In this document: piece by piece, positions 1 to 8,834 of the stretch
Position numbering within the stretch: position 1 is the stretch's first letter
How the letters are laid out: the number at the start of each line of letters is the position of its first letter
Virus record (IMG/VR): IMGVR_UViG_3300033148_004307
DNA from: an uncultured virus (IMG/VR IMGVR_UViG_3300033148_004307)
Lineage: Duplodnaviria > Heunggongvirae > Uroviricota > Caudoviricetes
Reading direction: 5' to 3' (one strand)
DNA: 20,000 nt
The notes under the pieces: model-generated
What the model was told of the DNA's origin: nothing
What the model saw: the letters and a program-made list of their open reading frames with translations, nothing else
The model's database searches: none
Translations under genes and position numbers: made by a program

Positions 1-89
1 TATCAGAAAGTAACCCAAAATGCAACTCATAATTATAGAGATTATCTATCTGCCTCACTATTTTATTATTATCCATAGGAGTAATAATA

Positions 90-743
90 ATGCCTAAAGA
101 CCCATTCAAATCCGATAAAAATATAGCAATCTCTGTGAATCCCACTACAAAATTTGCTAAAGGGATGGTAATGAATGGTAGTAGATTTAAAACAATAGAT
201 ACAGGGCATAAGGGTGGTATGAGATTAACGCTAGGTAAGGATGCTAGGGAAGTTAGAAGCAAAGGAAAAGATAAAGCATCCTCAAAAGTACAGAGGATTC
301 TAGTCGAACAAAAGGATTTTGACATAGAAAAAGGGAATCTGAAACCAATAACGAAAAGGGGTAAATCTGAATACCGAGAAATAAAAGAAATACATGGAGA
401 TTTAGAATTTATCGGGAATGAGCAATTCATTGTAAGGAGTGCAAAGCCCCTATTCGAGAGAGTGGGGTACTTTAACAATGTAAGAGGGGGAATAGATAAA
501 AAGAATGATGTAAATCCAGCAAGTATAAAGAGGCTTAAAAAAGCCAATGTACCTGATAGCATCGTAAGAAAAATAAAATCAGGAAGGGAATTATCAGATA
601 TTGAAACCGAAATTTTACACGACAAAAGTTTAGAACTTGTAAAGAGTAGGAAAAGAAGTTCATTTGTCAGAGAATACACAGGGAAAACCCCTACTAGAAT
701 GATGAATCTCAGAATGGCAAATGTAAAAAGAGGACTATTTTAA
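90..743 (+). CDS. Hypothetical basic (Lys/Arg-rich) soluble protein, 217 aa
   Basis: Long ORF with AGGAG upstream of the ATG; no family recognised. Confidence 0.7.
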   Translation: MPKDPFKSDKNIAISVNPTTKFAKGMVMNGSRFKTIDTGHKGGMRLTLGKDAREVRSKGKDKASSKVQRILVEQKDFDIEKGNLKPITKRGKSEYREIKEIHGDLEFIGNEQFIVRSAKPLFERVGYFNNVRGGIDKKNDVNPASIKRLKKANVPDSIVRKIKSGRELSDIETEILHDKSLELVKSRKRSSFVREYTGKTPTRMMNLRMANVKRGLF

Positions 744-768
744 TACCGAAAAATTCGGAGTTGAAAAT

Positions 769-1773
769 ATGGCAAAGAAAAAACAAGTAACCAAAGTAGT
801 TACAGAGTTATCAAAAGCATATAGGGGAAGTTTCTCAACCTTTATGATAACTATGATAATAATTGGATTGTGTTTCTTTCTACCCATGATTACTGCAAAT
901 GAAGTAGAAAAAAGTAGGAGTGGCGAAGGTCGGTATACACCGATGGAAGAAATGATATGGGATTTGAGTGATGAAGATGATTTCTATCCTATAAAATATA
1001 CAGAGGATGAGAATGAACTAGGGGATGCCCTACCAGATGATACCTCTCCTTATGATGAAGCTGGAGAATCACATTCAGTATATTGGCGTTATCATGCAGA
1101 AGTAGTATCAGAATTTAATGGAAATTGCATCAATTCTCAAGTAGAAAATATTGTGGATTTTGCAATAACTGACCCTGTAATTGATGAATATGGAAGTCTT
1201 ACATTGATTGCAAGTGGCGAAATTGAAGAAGTACCACTTCTACATGATTTATCCTTTGAATCTGAATATAATGCAGAACAATTAATCATAGTCTTAGACC
1301 AAGATTCAGAAGATTGGATTGATAAAGATGCAACCAGAGTAGATATTTATATCAGTTTTGAAACATCCGATATAATAAATCCTCATATTAAAGTTGAATG
1401 GGTTACAAAATCCAATGGTGGAGAATACACCATAGTAAGTGAGGATGATTGGGTCAACGGAGAAATATATTCTGTAGATGTAGATGTAGAAGATTTAATT
1501 GCAATATCTTCTATAAGAGGAAGTGGAGAATATATCCGAATCACTCTATCAAGTGAAGATGCTGAAGGTTATCCACCTCTGGATGATGGAGATTTAGTTA
1601 TCTATGATGTTCAAGTATATGGATTAGATTCTACTACTGCATCACTCACAATAATATCTGCATGGTATATAGTTCAATCAGTTATTGTTTTCTTAATGGG
1701 AATAGTAATGTTACCACAAGTTTCGATTGGTGGTATGATTGAATACTTAACGAATTTCACAAAATCATTCTAA
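769..1773 (+). CDS. Family A two-TM surface/virion-like protein (core-module copy), 334 aa
   Basis: N-terminal AYRG + hydrophobic helix + FFLPMITA, acidic central domain, C-terminal TM ending MLPQVSIG; clear paralogue of the ORFs at 9200, 10204, 11411 and 12849; GGAG RBS. Confidence 0.85.
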   Translation: MAKKKQVTKVVTELSKAYRGSFSTFMITMIIIGLCFFLPMITANEVEKSRSGEGRYTPMEEMIWDLSDEDDFYPIKYTEDENELGDALPDDTSPYDEAGESHSVYWRYHAEVVSEFNGNCINSQVENIVDFAITDPVIDEYGSLTLIASGEIEEVPLLHDLSFESEYNAEQLIIVLDQDSEDWIDKDATRVDIYISFETSDIINPHIKVEWVTKSNGGEYTIVSEDDWVNGEIYSVDVDVEDLIAISSIRGSGEYIRITLSSEDAEGYPPLDDGDLVIYDVQVYGLDSTTASLTIISAWYIVQSVIVFLMGIVMLPQVSIGGMIEYLTNFTKSF

Positions 1774-1802
1774 GTTAAGTAAAAATAATAATTAAATAGA
1801 AA

Positions 1803-2201
1803 TTGAGGAAGAAAAAAAATCAATTAGATAAAAAGGAGATGAAAAATATGTTAGGATTTGGTTTGTTAGCATTGTTTGTTTTTATCCTAGTGGTTATGCT
1901 AGTCGTAGTTATTACCGAAGGATTCAAACTGACAGTAGCATCAGTAATAGGATTCTTCAGTTTAGCTTGGGCTTATGTCCTAGCTATCTGGAGTAGTTTT
2001 ATCGAGTTTGTCATAGAACCAGCATTTAACACAATAATGGGAACTAGACCTCTTGATTTCTTTGGAGTAGCATCAGTAATGGTGTTATCAGCGTGGTTGT
2101 GGGTAATCTCAATCGCAATAGTTAATATTATATTAACTTCATCCAAAGGTCAACCAAGAATATTCCAGAATTTGACAAAGGATAAGACAGATAATTTGTA
2201 A
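1803..2201 (+). CDS. Small integral membrane protein (~3 TM); real start probably ATG 1848
   Basis: Hydrophobic segments; GGAG at 1835-1838 suits ATG 1848 better than TTG 1803. Confidence 0.75.
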   Translation: MRKKKNQLDKKEMKNMLGFGLLALFVFILVVMLVVVITEGFKLTVASVIGFFSLAWAYVLAIWSSFIEFVIEPAFNTIMGTRPLDFFGVASVMVLSAWLWVISIAIVNIILTSSKGQPRIFQNLTKDKTDNL

Positions 2202-2210
2202 AAAAATTAT

Positions 2211-2231
2211 CTTCTTTTTTTTATTTTTTTT
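2211..2231 (+). terminator. Oligo-T tract, possible archaeal-type intrinsic terminator
   Basis: cttctttttttt-a-tttttttt just downstream of the stop at 2201. Confidence 0.4.
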
Positions 2232-2264
2232 ATAGATTTATTTAAATTAAAAAGTAAAGGGGAA

Positions 2265-2666
2265 GTGGAAAAAATGGCAAACATATTATCAGGGATATTT
2301 AGTGGATTAAAATTCTTTGTAGAAAATCCATTGTGGACAGTTGCAATCATCATAGGCATTTTGTTAATGCCATTAGAAGTATTTGATTTAATATTATATG
2401 TATTAATAAATCTAATAGTAATAATCATCAATGTTATCATATTCATTTTATTCACATTATTTAACGTAATTGTTATGGGGATAAATTTCATATTAGAAAA
2501 AATATGGCAATTTTTAATATCATGGGGTTATTCAGGGGGTAAACCTGTTTTTGCTATGTTGGATTTTGTAGCACAACCATACATTGTAGTAGATTTATTC
2601 TCTCCAGATAAAAATCTATTGATGATAATATTGGAATTACTTGGAAGAACTTTACCATTATGGTAA
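2265..2666 (+). CDS. Very hydrophobic membrane protein, paralogue of 2682..3122 (start may be ATG 2274)
   Basis: ENPLWTVAIIIGILLMPLEVFDLILYVLINL aligns with EKPIIFVAFIIAILFFPLNVIDLILSVLVNI; C-termini LGRTLPLW / LGLSFPLF. Confidence 0.8.
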   Translation: MEKMANILSGIFSGLKFFVENPLWTVAIIIGILLMPLEVFDLILYVLINLIVIIINVIIFILFTLFNVIVMGINFILEKIWQFLISWGYSGGKPVFAMLDFVAQPYIVVDLFSPDKNLLMIILELLGRTLPLW

Positions 2667-2681
2667 TGATGGGGATATAAA

Positions 2682-3122
2682 ATGCCTGTAATATCAGATA
2701 TTGGTTCACTAGCAAATTTCGTATTAAATTTAGTAAAAGTTATGCTAGAAAAACCAATTATATTTGTTGCATTTATTATAGCGATATTATTCTTTCCTTT
2801 GAATGTTATCGACTTGATTTTATCTGTATTGGTTAATATATTTATTTTATTAGCAAATGTTCTAATGTTTATAATAATGATGCCTATATTTATATTATTA
2901 GATTGGATTACTTCTATAATCAATCTTCTAATAGATTTCATAACAACACCTATAAATTGGATATTAGACCCATTAGGGCAACATTGGAGTCCATTAACAC
3001 TATATTCTCCAGCACCTGTACCACCAACTATTGCATATATGGATATTGATATATTTGCAAACAATGATACTATAATAGGGCTTATGGTAAATGGATTAGG
3101 ATTATCATTTCCATTATTTTAA
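2682..3122 (+). CDS. Very hydrophobic membrane protein, paralogue of 2265..2666
   Basis: Alignment with the upstream gene; GGGG RBS-like sequence upstream. Confidence 0.8.
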   Translation: MPVISDIGSLANFVLNLVKVMLEKPIIFVAFIIAILFFPLNVIDLILSVLVNIFILLANVLMFIIMMPIFILLDWITSIINLLIDFITTPINWILDPLGQHWSPLTLYSPAPVPPTIAYMDIDIFANNDTIIGLMVNGLGLSFPLF

Positions 3123-3164
3123 ATGGATTTTAATAATATTATGACTTAAATAAGAGGAATAAGA

Positions 3165-3389
3165 ATGGGAATGACAAAAAGAATAGCTAAAAAGTTAATT
3201 GGGGGATTTATACTCATCAGTATTGTAAATATCCTAGTTACAAATTTTATTCTAGGATTAGGCATTACATTCAAAGTAGGATTTTTAGATTTTTCACAGT
3301 TATTTACATCAATTTTACTGACCATAGTCAGTTTAATTGAATTTGTATTTTTATATGTAATAGGATTCGGATTCGGGGGTTCAAGATGA
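3165..3389 (+). CDS. Small 2-TM membrane protein, 74 aa
   Basis: Basic N-terminus, two hydrophobic helices, GAGG upstream, ATGA overlap with the next gene. Confidence 0.7.
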   Translation: MGMTKRIAKKLIGGFILISIVNILVTNFILGLGITFKVGFLDFSQLFTSILLTIVSLIEFVFLYVIGFGFGGSR

Positions 3390-3994
3390 AAATAAGATAT
3401 TATATTATGGTTATTCTATTGTTATTGGTTTCTATACCAACAACCTCAAATGTAAGAGCAGATGATATTGCAACAATATATGGGGTAGTTAAATTAGATG
3501 GCAATAACGTAGAAAATGCAGAAATAAAATTAGAAAATCTGGAATTAAGCTATATAGTTATTGTATTCACAGATGAAAATGGAGAATATGAAGGGGAATT
3601 AGGAGTCAGGGCACATAATGAAATAAAAGTTACTGCAACAGTAAATAGTACCATTTTTAGAAGTGTTACATTTACTAGAAGTTCAGATATACATGAATAC
3701 GAAGTAAATTTCCTATTCGGAGAATCGGGGAATGGAAATGGGAATGGAAATGGGATTATTAGAGATAGTTTTGTATATATAACTGTATCATCATTCTTAG
3801 GCGATTTATGGGCATTTTTAATAAGTCTAACAATGGTCGATTGTTTATTATTTTTATTGATTTTATTGGTATTGTGCATACTATTCAGATTACTATTCCC
3901 AAAAAAGCCCAAAAGAAAACAGAGAACACAACAACAGGATAATGACACCATAATACTCCTAACAGGGAATGGGAAGGTTAAGAAATTACGTTAA
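3386..3994 (+). CDS. Membrane-anchored surface protein with a carboxypeptidase-regulatory-like beta-sandwich domain
   Basis: Signal peptide (MKIR...VRA), IYGVV..DG..VENAEI...TDENGEY pattern, GNGNGNG linker, C-terminal TM followed by a basic tail. Confidence 0.7.
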   Translation: MKIRYYIMVILLLLVSIPTTSNVRADDIATIYGVVKLDGNNVENAEIKLENLELSYIVIVFTDENGEYEGELGVRAHNEIKVTATVNSTIFRSVTFTRSSDIHEYEVNFLFGESGNGNGNGNGIIRDSFVYITVSSFLGDLWAFLISLTMVDCLLFLLILLVLCILFRLLFPKKPKRKQRTQQQDNDTIILLTGNGKVKKLR

Positions 3995-4006
3995 AGGGGG
4001 CTTAAA

Positions 4007-4558
4007 ATTAAAATCCGAATACTATCAATATTGTTTTTTATTTTTGTCTTAATAAATATCCCTACAAATTCTAAGGCAGAAACAGATTGCACAATATTGA
4101 CAGGATTGGATGATTATGTATCATTTAGTCCAGCTATTAGAACCAATAATACATTCGGTTATAATAATCTTGAGTTCAGATTATATAGTACAGAAAACAA
4201 CACCCCATATAAAATTATTGTAGACAACATCACTATTGGAAATGGAAGTATAGATTATTTTAAGAAATATGTGTATTGGGATTGTGAGCAAGAATATATA
4301 GAAAATCTAACAGTAATTGTAGGGGAAGATTATTACAGTTATTATAATATTTTTATTTTTAGAAGTTCATTTTATAATCAATCAGATGATGATGGAATAG
4401 AATATAATATTAAATTTACAAAGGAAGAATTTGAGGCATATCTTAGCACATTAAGATTAAAATTATTTTTTACAGATATTAGTGGATTAATACTTGGAAT
4501 ATTGGTATCAACATATTTCATAAGAGAACATAAAAAAACAGTTATTAGAGAGATTTAG
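4007..4558 (+). CDS. Signal-peptide surface protein with C-terminal TM (track start TTG 4031; probable start ATT 4007)
   Basis: In-frame extension gives (M)KIRILSILFFIFVLINIPTNSKA, mirroring the signal peptide of the preceding gene; GGGGG at 3996-4000. Confidence 0.65.
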   Translation: MKIRILSILFFIFVLINIPTNSKAETDCTILTGLDDYVSFSPAIRTNNTFGYNNLEFRLYSTENNTPYKIIVDNITIGNGSIDYFKKYVYWDCEQEYIENLTVIVGEDYYSYYNIFIFRSSFYNQSDDDGIEYNIKFTKEEFEAYLSTLRLKLFFTDISGLILGILVSTYFIREHKKTVIREI

Positions 4559-5263
4559 ATGGTAGGCACTACAAAAAATGATACAAATCAAATCCAAGAA
4601 AGAACAGTAGTGAAAACTACAGAAAAATTCAGATTATTCTCTAAAGCATTTAAATGGTTTTTTATAGTGGTATTTTGTATTATCGGACTTTATATATTAT
4701 TCTTAATATTCGGTGGTTATATATTTGGAAGTTTCTTTGTTTCAATTATCATATCATCCATTGTACTTTACAACACAATCACTGTACCATCAGAAAGATT
4801 TGTTGAAAGCAGAATGGAAGAAAGTTTTGATGATGATGGGAATAGTGAGGGTATAACCCTCTTATTCAATGAATATGATATTCCTGTAGATTTATTGAAG
4901 GAATTTGGATTAACAGGAGATAACCAAAATGGAAAATGGAAAAGTAAAAATGGCAAATCAAGAGAATTAGTAGAAAAAATTGATTTCATCAATAGGAAAA
5001 TTAAGTATTCGTGGTTTGCAGAATATTCTACATGGAAATTTATGGTTGACAAAGCAACATTATTAAGTTTAAATGAAACAGTAGCTAGGAGTCAGAGAGA
5101 TTTAATGCGAAGCCCAGAAATTGAAGTTATAAGATTACAAGAAATCTCCTTAAAAGAACAAAAAGAAATGTCAGATAATCCAGATGGTTATGATGATGCT
5201 TTAACAGAAGTGTCCAAAGATTTAACACGAACTAGGGGGAAGTTAAAAGATGATAAAAGATGA
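4559..5263 (+). CDS. Membrane protein with 2 N-terminal TM helices and a soluble C-terminal domain, 234 aa
   Basis: Directly abuts the upstream stop (TAG-ATG); hydrophobic residues ~34-72. Confidence 0.75.
   Translation: MVGTTKNDTNQIQERTVVKTTEKFRLFSKAFKWFFIVVFCIIGLYILFLIFGGYIFGSFFVSIIISSIVLYNTITVPSERFVESRMEESFDDDGNSEGITLLFNEYDIPVDLLKEFGLTGDNQNGKWKSKNGKSRELVEKIDFINRKIKYSWFAEYSTWKFMVDKATLLSLNETVARSQRDLMRSPEIEVIRLQEISLKEQKEMSDNPDGYDDALTEVSKDLTRTRGKLKDDKR
4563..4573 (+). repeat. Isolated exact TAGGCACTACA copy outside the array
   Basis: Exact match 4 nt after the stop at 4558, inside codons 2-5 of the 4559 ORF. Confidence 0.85.
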
Positions 5264-5597
5264 TAAACTTCCAGCTTTGCATAAGAATATTATGGATACA
5301 AAAACGATGGATGAATTATATAACATTTATGTTAAAATTTTAGATTCAGATTCCTATGGAAAGGATAAAGCACATGGTTGTAAAACTGAACAGTACATTG
5401 AGAAACACTATATCAAATACAAACAATGTTGTGCTAAATGTCCACAATACAAAAAGGATTTTGATAAAAATGCAATAGGTAAAATAAGCCTATTTCAAAA
5501 ATTATTATTAAGGATGGTAGCACATCCAAATCAAGATTATATACTTAATAAAATGAGGATTCCAGATGCAAGAGGAAGCGACAGAACCAAAAAATAA
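5250..5597 (+). CDS. Hypothetical protein with Cys/His cluster (HGC...CCAKC), possibly metal-binding
   Basis: Overlaps both neighbours in operon fashion; GGGG upstream. Confidence 0.65.
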   Translation: MIKDDKLPALHKNIMDTKTMDELYNIYVKILDSDSYGKDKAHGCKTEQYIEKHYIKYKQCCAKCPQYKKDFDKNAIGKISLFQKLLLRMVAHPNQDYILNKMRIPDARGSDRTKK

Positions 5598-7218
5598 AGA
5601 AGGAAGATTTTTCAATCCAAAATTCCGACAGGATATAGTAGATGAACAAAGGAAAAGATGTATTGATAATTTCCATCAAGATTATGCCCCACATTTATTG
5701 TCTTATTACTGTTCAAAGATGCTCGATATTGAAATTTATTCACATGAGGAATATAAACAGATTGAGGAATTATTGAATAGTCCTGAAACTACATTATATG
5801 GTAAAGGAGTAATTGAAGATTCACTTTATAGAAAATATTGGAAATTGATTGAATTATCTGGTCATAAATTAGATGAATTTGGAATGATAAAAGAAAAGGT
5901 AAATTACGAGCAAAGATTGGCAGAAATAGAGGAAAAATACGCTTACTATCAATGGAACGTATTATTCAAGCTCACAGATTTCATATTTAAATCAGGAAGC
6001 AATAATATAATTGTGGGTGGAATGGGGGGTGGAAAATCCAATCTCTGCCTAGAGCTATCACTTGAGGCAGTACAAACAGGCAGATATGAATTAATAACAA
6101 ATCTGGGAATTAAAGAAGAATGGGAGAAAAATTCAGATATTCATCATGTTACTTGGCTATCGGATATGTTAAGGATTGTATGTAAAAATAAAATACGAAA
6201 CTTACAGTTAGTCAAAGAGGGAAAGACCCATTTGCAAAAAGAAATGATTTGTATTATAGATGAATGTGAAAATCTTTTTCAAAGTATCAGGAGTGGTTCT
6301 AAGAATATTGTTGACTTCAATTTGCTCAATCAGATGGCACGTAAATTAAGTATGAGCTGGTCGTTTGTATTCCATCGCTATAGAGATGTACCCACACATA
6401 TTAGAAACTCTCCAAATCTTAATTGTATTATTATGAAAGGATGTGATTTAGAAGGAAATCCAATTCAAATGGATATAGATAAAGTTGTCTTATATTTTCC
6501 TGTACTACAATCACAAATTAAGATTAGTGGTATACCAGAATGTGAAGCACTTGATACATACGAATATTCATCATTTAAATTTGAACATGAGAGCTTTCCC
6601 GAAAAATCAGTAGATATTAATTATTTATTATTGATTGCATCACAGGAGAAATCATATAATGCCCCAAGCAAGATATTAGAATATTTAGATGGTCAAAGAA
6701 TAGAGAATCTAAAGAGGGAAGATATAATAAAAGAAGTAATGAGAATAGAAGAAGTAAATAGAGAGCAAATGGTACTATGTGATAATAAAACAGATTATAG
6801 AATATTGATTGAAGATATTTTTACTAAAGAATTTGGATTTACTGATTTAGAAAAGATAAAATCAGTAAAAAATATCATAAAAGATACAGTAAATAAAGCA
6901 TGGGCTATGGATAGAATACAGAGCAATCTACAAGAGATAAGGCAGAATAATGTAAATTATATCACTTGCGATTATGACGAAATATATAAATTTTTAAAGG
7001 GAAATAAAAACCCTACAATCAAGTCATTAGTAAGGCATCAATATAGAGATTTTGAAAAGAATGAATATGAAGCTCTATTGAAACAGGGAATCTCTAATAC
7101 AAAGTTAAGAACATTATACGGTTCATTAGATGAGATAATAGGAAAGAAAATTGAAAATCAAGTGAGGACAGATTTAGAAACAGAGGAAGAAATGGAAGAA
7201 TTGGTATTACAAATCTAA
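5566..7218 (+). CDS. P-loop ATPase, Zot/inovirus-pI-like or FtsK-HerA superfamily (putative morphogenesis/packaging ATPase)
   Basis: Walker A IIVGGMGGGKS (GGMGGGKS at 6016-6039), LITNL strand, Walker B ICIIDE (6247-6264), ARK followed by a hydrophobic strand. Confidence 0.75.
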   Translation: MQEEATEPKNKEGRFFNPKFRQDIVDEQRKRCIDNFHQDYAPHLLSYYCSKMLDIEIYSHEEYKQIEELLNSPETTLYGKGVIEDSLYRKYWKLIELSGHKLDEFGMIKEKVNYEQRLAEIEEKYAYYQWNVLFKLTDFIFKSGSNNIIVGGMGGGKSNLCLELSLEAVQTGRYELITNLGIKEEWEKNSDIHHVTWLSDMLRIVCKNKIRNLQLVKEGKTHLQKEMICIIDECENLFQSIRSGSKNIVDFNLLNQMARKLSMSWSFVFHRYRDVPTHIRNSPNLNCIIMKGCDLEGNPIQMDIDKVVLYFPVLQSQIKISGIPECEALDTYEYSSFKFEHESFPEKSVDINYLLLIASQEKSYNAPSKILEYLDGQRIENLKREDIIKEVMRIEEVNREQMVLCDNKTDYRILIEDIFTKEFGFTDLEKIKSVKNIIKDTVNKAWAMDRIQSNLQEIRQNNVNYITCDYDEIYKFLKGNKNPTIKSLVRHQYRDFEKNEYEALLKQGISNTKLRTLYGSLDEIIGKKIENQVRTDLETEEEMEELVLQI

Positions 7219-7400
7219 GCTAAGTCGAATAATATAAGCGATTATGCAAAATAAAAATGAGGGAATCGAGGGCATCTTTCCTATATAAATAAAAAAAAGA
7301 AATAGTAAAGTAAAGTAAGTAAATATCAATTCAAAATTAATAAATTAAAAAAACCAAAAAATTGAAAATTCAAAATTAATGAAAGTAAGGAGTGAATGAA
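7219..7400 (+). promoter_or_regulatory. AT-rich intergenic control region with TATA-like element and direct repeats
   Basis: TATATAAAT at ~7282-7290; AATTCAAAATTAAT at 7328-7341 and 7367-7380; tandem GTAAA units at ~7305-7323. Confidence 0.45.
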
Positions 7401-8822
7401 ATGGCACGAAGTAATGGTAAAGGATGGCATGGCGATAGTAGAGGACATAGCAAAGCTAGTAGGAAAGGATGGGATAGTAGGAGATTCGACAGAACATTAG
7501 CATCAGCTACAGGGGGTAAAGGTGGATTATCAATACAAAGAGGCGTATCCCCAGATTATTATAGACCTACTGAAAAACTTATCGGAGTAGATAAGATAGA
7601 TGATTTCAAGAAAGGATTAACTGATGAAGGATTCAAGAAAATATCAAGATATGGATTAGCAAAAATCAAAAAAACTCCAAGTAGCCCTACAAATTACGAA
7701 TTAGGGGTATTGAATACTAAAGATAGAATGTATTATGACAACATAATTGTAGATAGGAAAGGAAATATACCTGAATTACAGGGAATACTCAGAATGATAG
7801 ATGTTGAATCTGGTGGGGATAGAGGAAAGAGAAATGTTCTAATTGATTTAGGTCAAACTGCCGAAAAAGTATATGCACAAGATGAAAAGGGAAATTGGAA
7901 ATGGTACATGAATCCAAATAAATCAGATATTGAACATATTGATACTGACTATTCACAATATGCTAAAACCTATGATAAGATTAAAGATTCAAAACAGTTC
8001 AAAGCTGGAAAGGGAATAGTCTTAATGGCTAGAACCCCAGAGGAAGAAAAAGATATGAGGGAAAGAATAGCTAAAGCCTTTACAAAGAAAGAACAAAAGG
8101 AAATGGGGTTAGTGTTCATATCTGTAACACATACTCCAAGAGGCATAGCTGGAAGGTACTACCCAGATGCAAATCCAAAACAAGTTCAAGTAGACCCCGA
8201 TTTTGTTGATACATCAGATGTTCTAATACATGAATTGGTACACCACCATAGAAATGTATCCGAATCTAGAACAGGGGCTTTAAAACATATCAAAAGATGG
8301 GATGGGGAAGATAGAGATTTAGAAGAATCCACAACCGAAGCTGAAACATTAGCTAGAGAAAAACCATTCGATAAATCCAAAGCTGGATATTACGGTTCAT
8401 TAAAGCACGTTAAAGGAGTAGAGAAAACCAGAGCAGAATTTAAAGATAGAAAAAGATTCTCAGGATATGATACTACATCTGTTAGAAAAAGATTTGGAAA
8501 ATTAGATATGACAGATGATGGAAAGCTCGAAATATCAGAAAGGAACAGAGCAAAGCTCAGTAAGAAGAATATAAGAGGAAAAAGAGCAATAAACAAAGTT
8601 AATAGAGAATATCCAGAATCAGAAATATCTCGATTAAAAATCAAAGGTAGAGTAGAAGCAATTGACACATTCCACGAATATGAAGATGAAGCTGGAAAAA
8701 CTCGAATGAAAATCCAATCATACAATCCAAAAGCAAAGAAGGTAAAAGCCCCAGAAGTGAAGGGATTGAAGAAAAAGAATATGTATGAATGGAAGGATGG
8801 AAAGAAGGTAAAAGTACGATAA
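7392..8822 (+). CDS. Basic protein with a zincin-like metallopeptidase motif (HExxH); probable start ATG 7401
   Basis: AGRYY...VQVD...VLIHELVHH...E pattern; N-terminal GWHGDSRGHSKA; GGAG 8 nt before ATG 7401. Confidence 0.7.
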   Translation: MNEMARSNGKGWHGDSRGHSKASRKGWDSRRFDRTLASATGGKGGLSIQRGVSPDYYRPTEKLIGVDKIDDFKKGLTDEGFKKISRYGLAKIKKTPSSPTNYELGVLNTKDRMYYDNIIVDRKGNIPELQGILRMIDVESGGDRGKRNVLIDLGQTAEKVYAQDEKGNWKWYMNPNKSDIEHIDTDYSQYAKTYDKIKDSKQFKAGKGIVLMARTPEEEKDMRERIAKAFTKKEQKEMGLVFISVTHTPRGIAGRYYPDANPKQVQVDPDFVDTSDVLIHELVHHHRNVSESRTGALKHIKRWDGEDRDLEESTTEAETLAREKPFDKSKAGYYGSLKHVKGVEKTRAEFKDRKRFSGYDTTSVRKRFGKLDMTDDGKLEISERNRAKLSKKNIRGKRAINKVNREYPESEISRLKIKGRVEAIDTFHEYEDEAGKTRMKIQSYNPKAKKVKAPEVKGLKKKNMYEWKDGKKVKVR

Positions 8823-8834
8823 AAGGTGGTCTAA

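Noticed and set aside
3259..3269. TAGGCATTACA, one-mismatch motif copy
   Set aside because: It lies mid-CDS, away from any junction, and is plausible by chance in AT-rich DNA.
3728..3754. GGGAATGGAAAT short tandem repeat
   Set aside because: It simply encodes a Gly-Asn linker.
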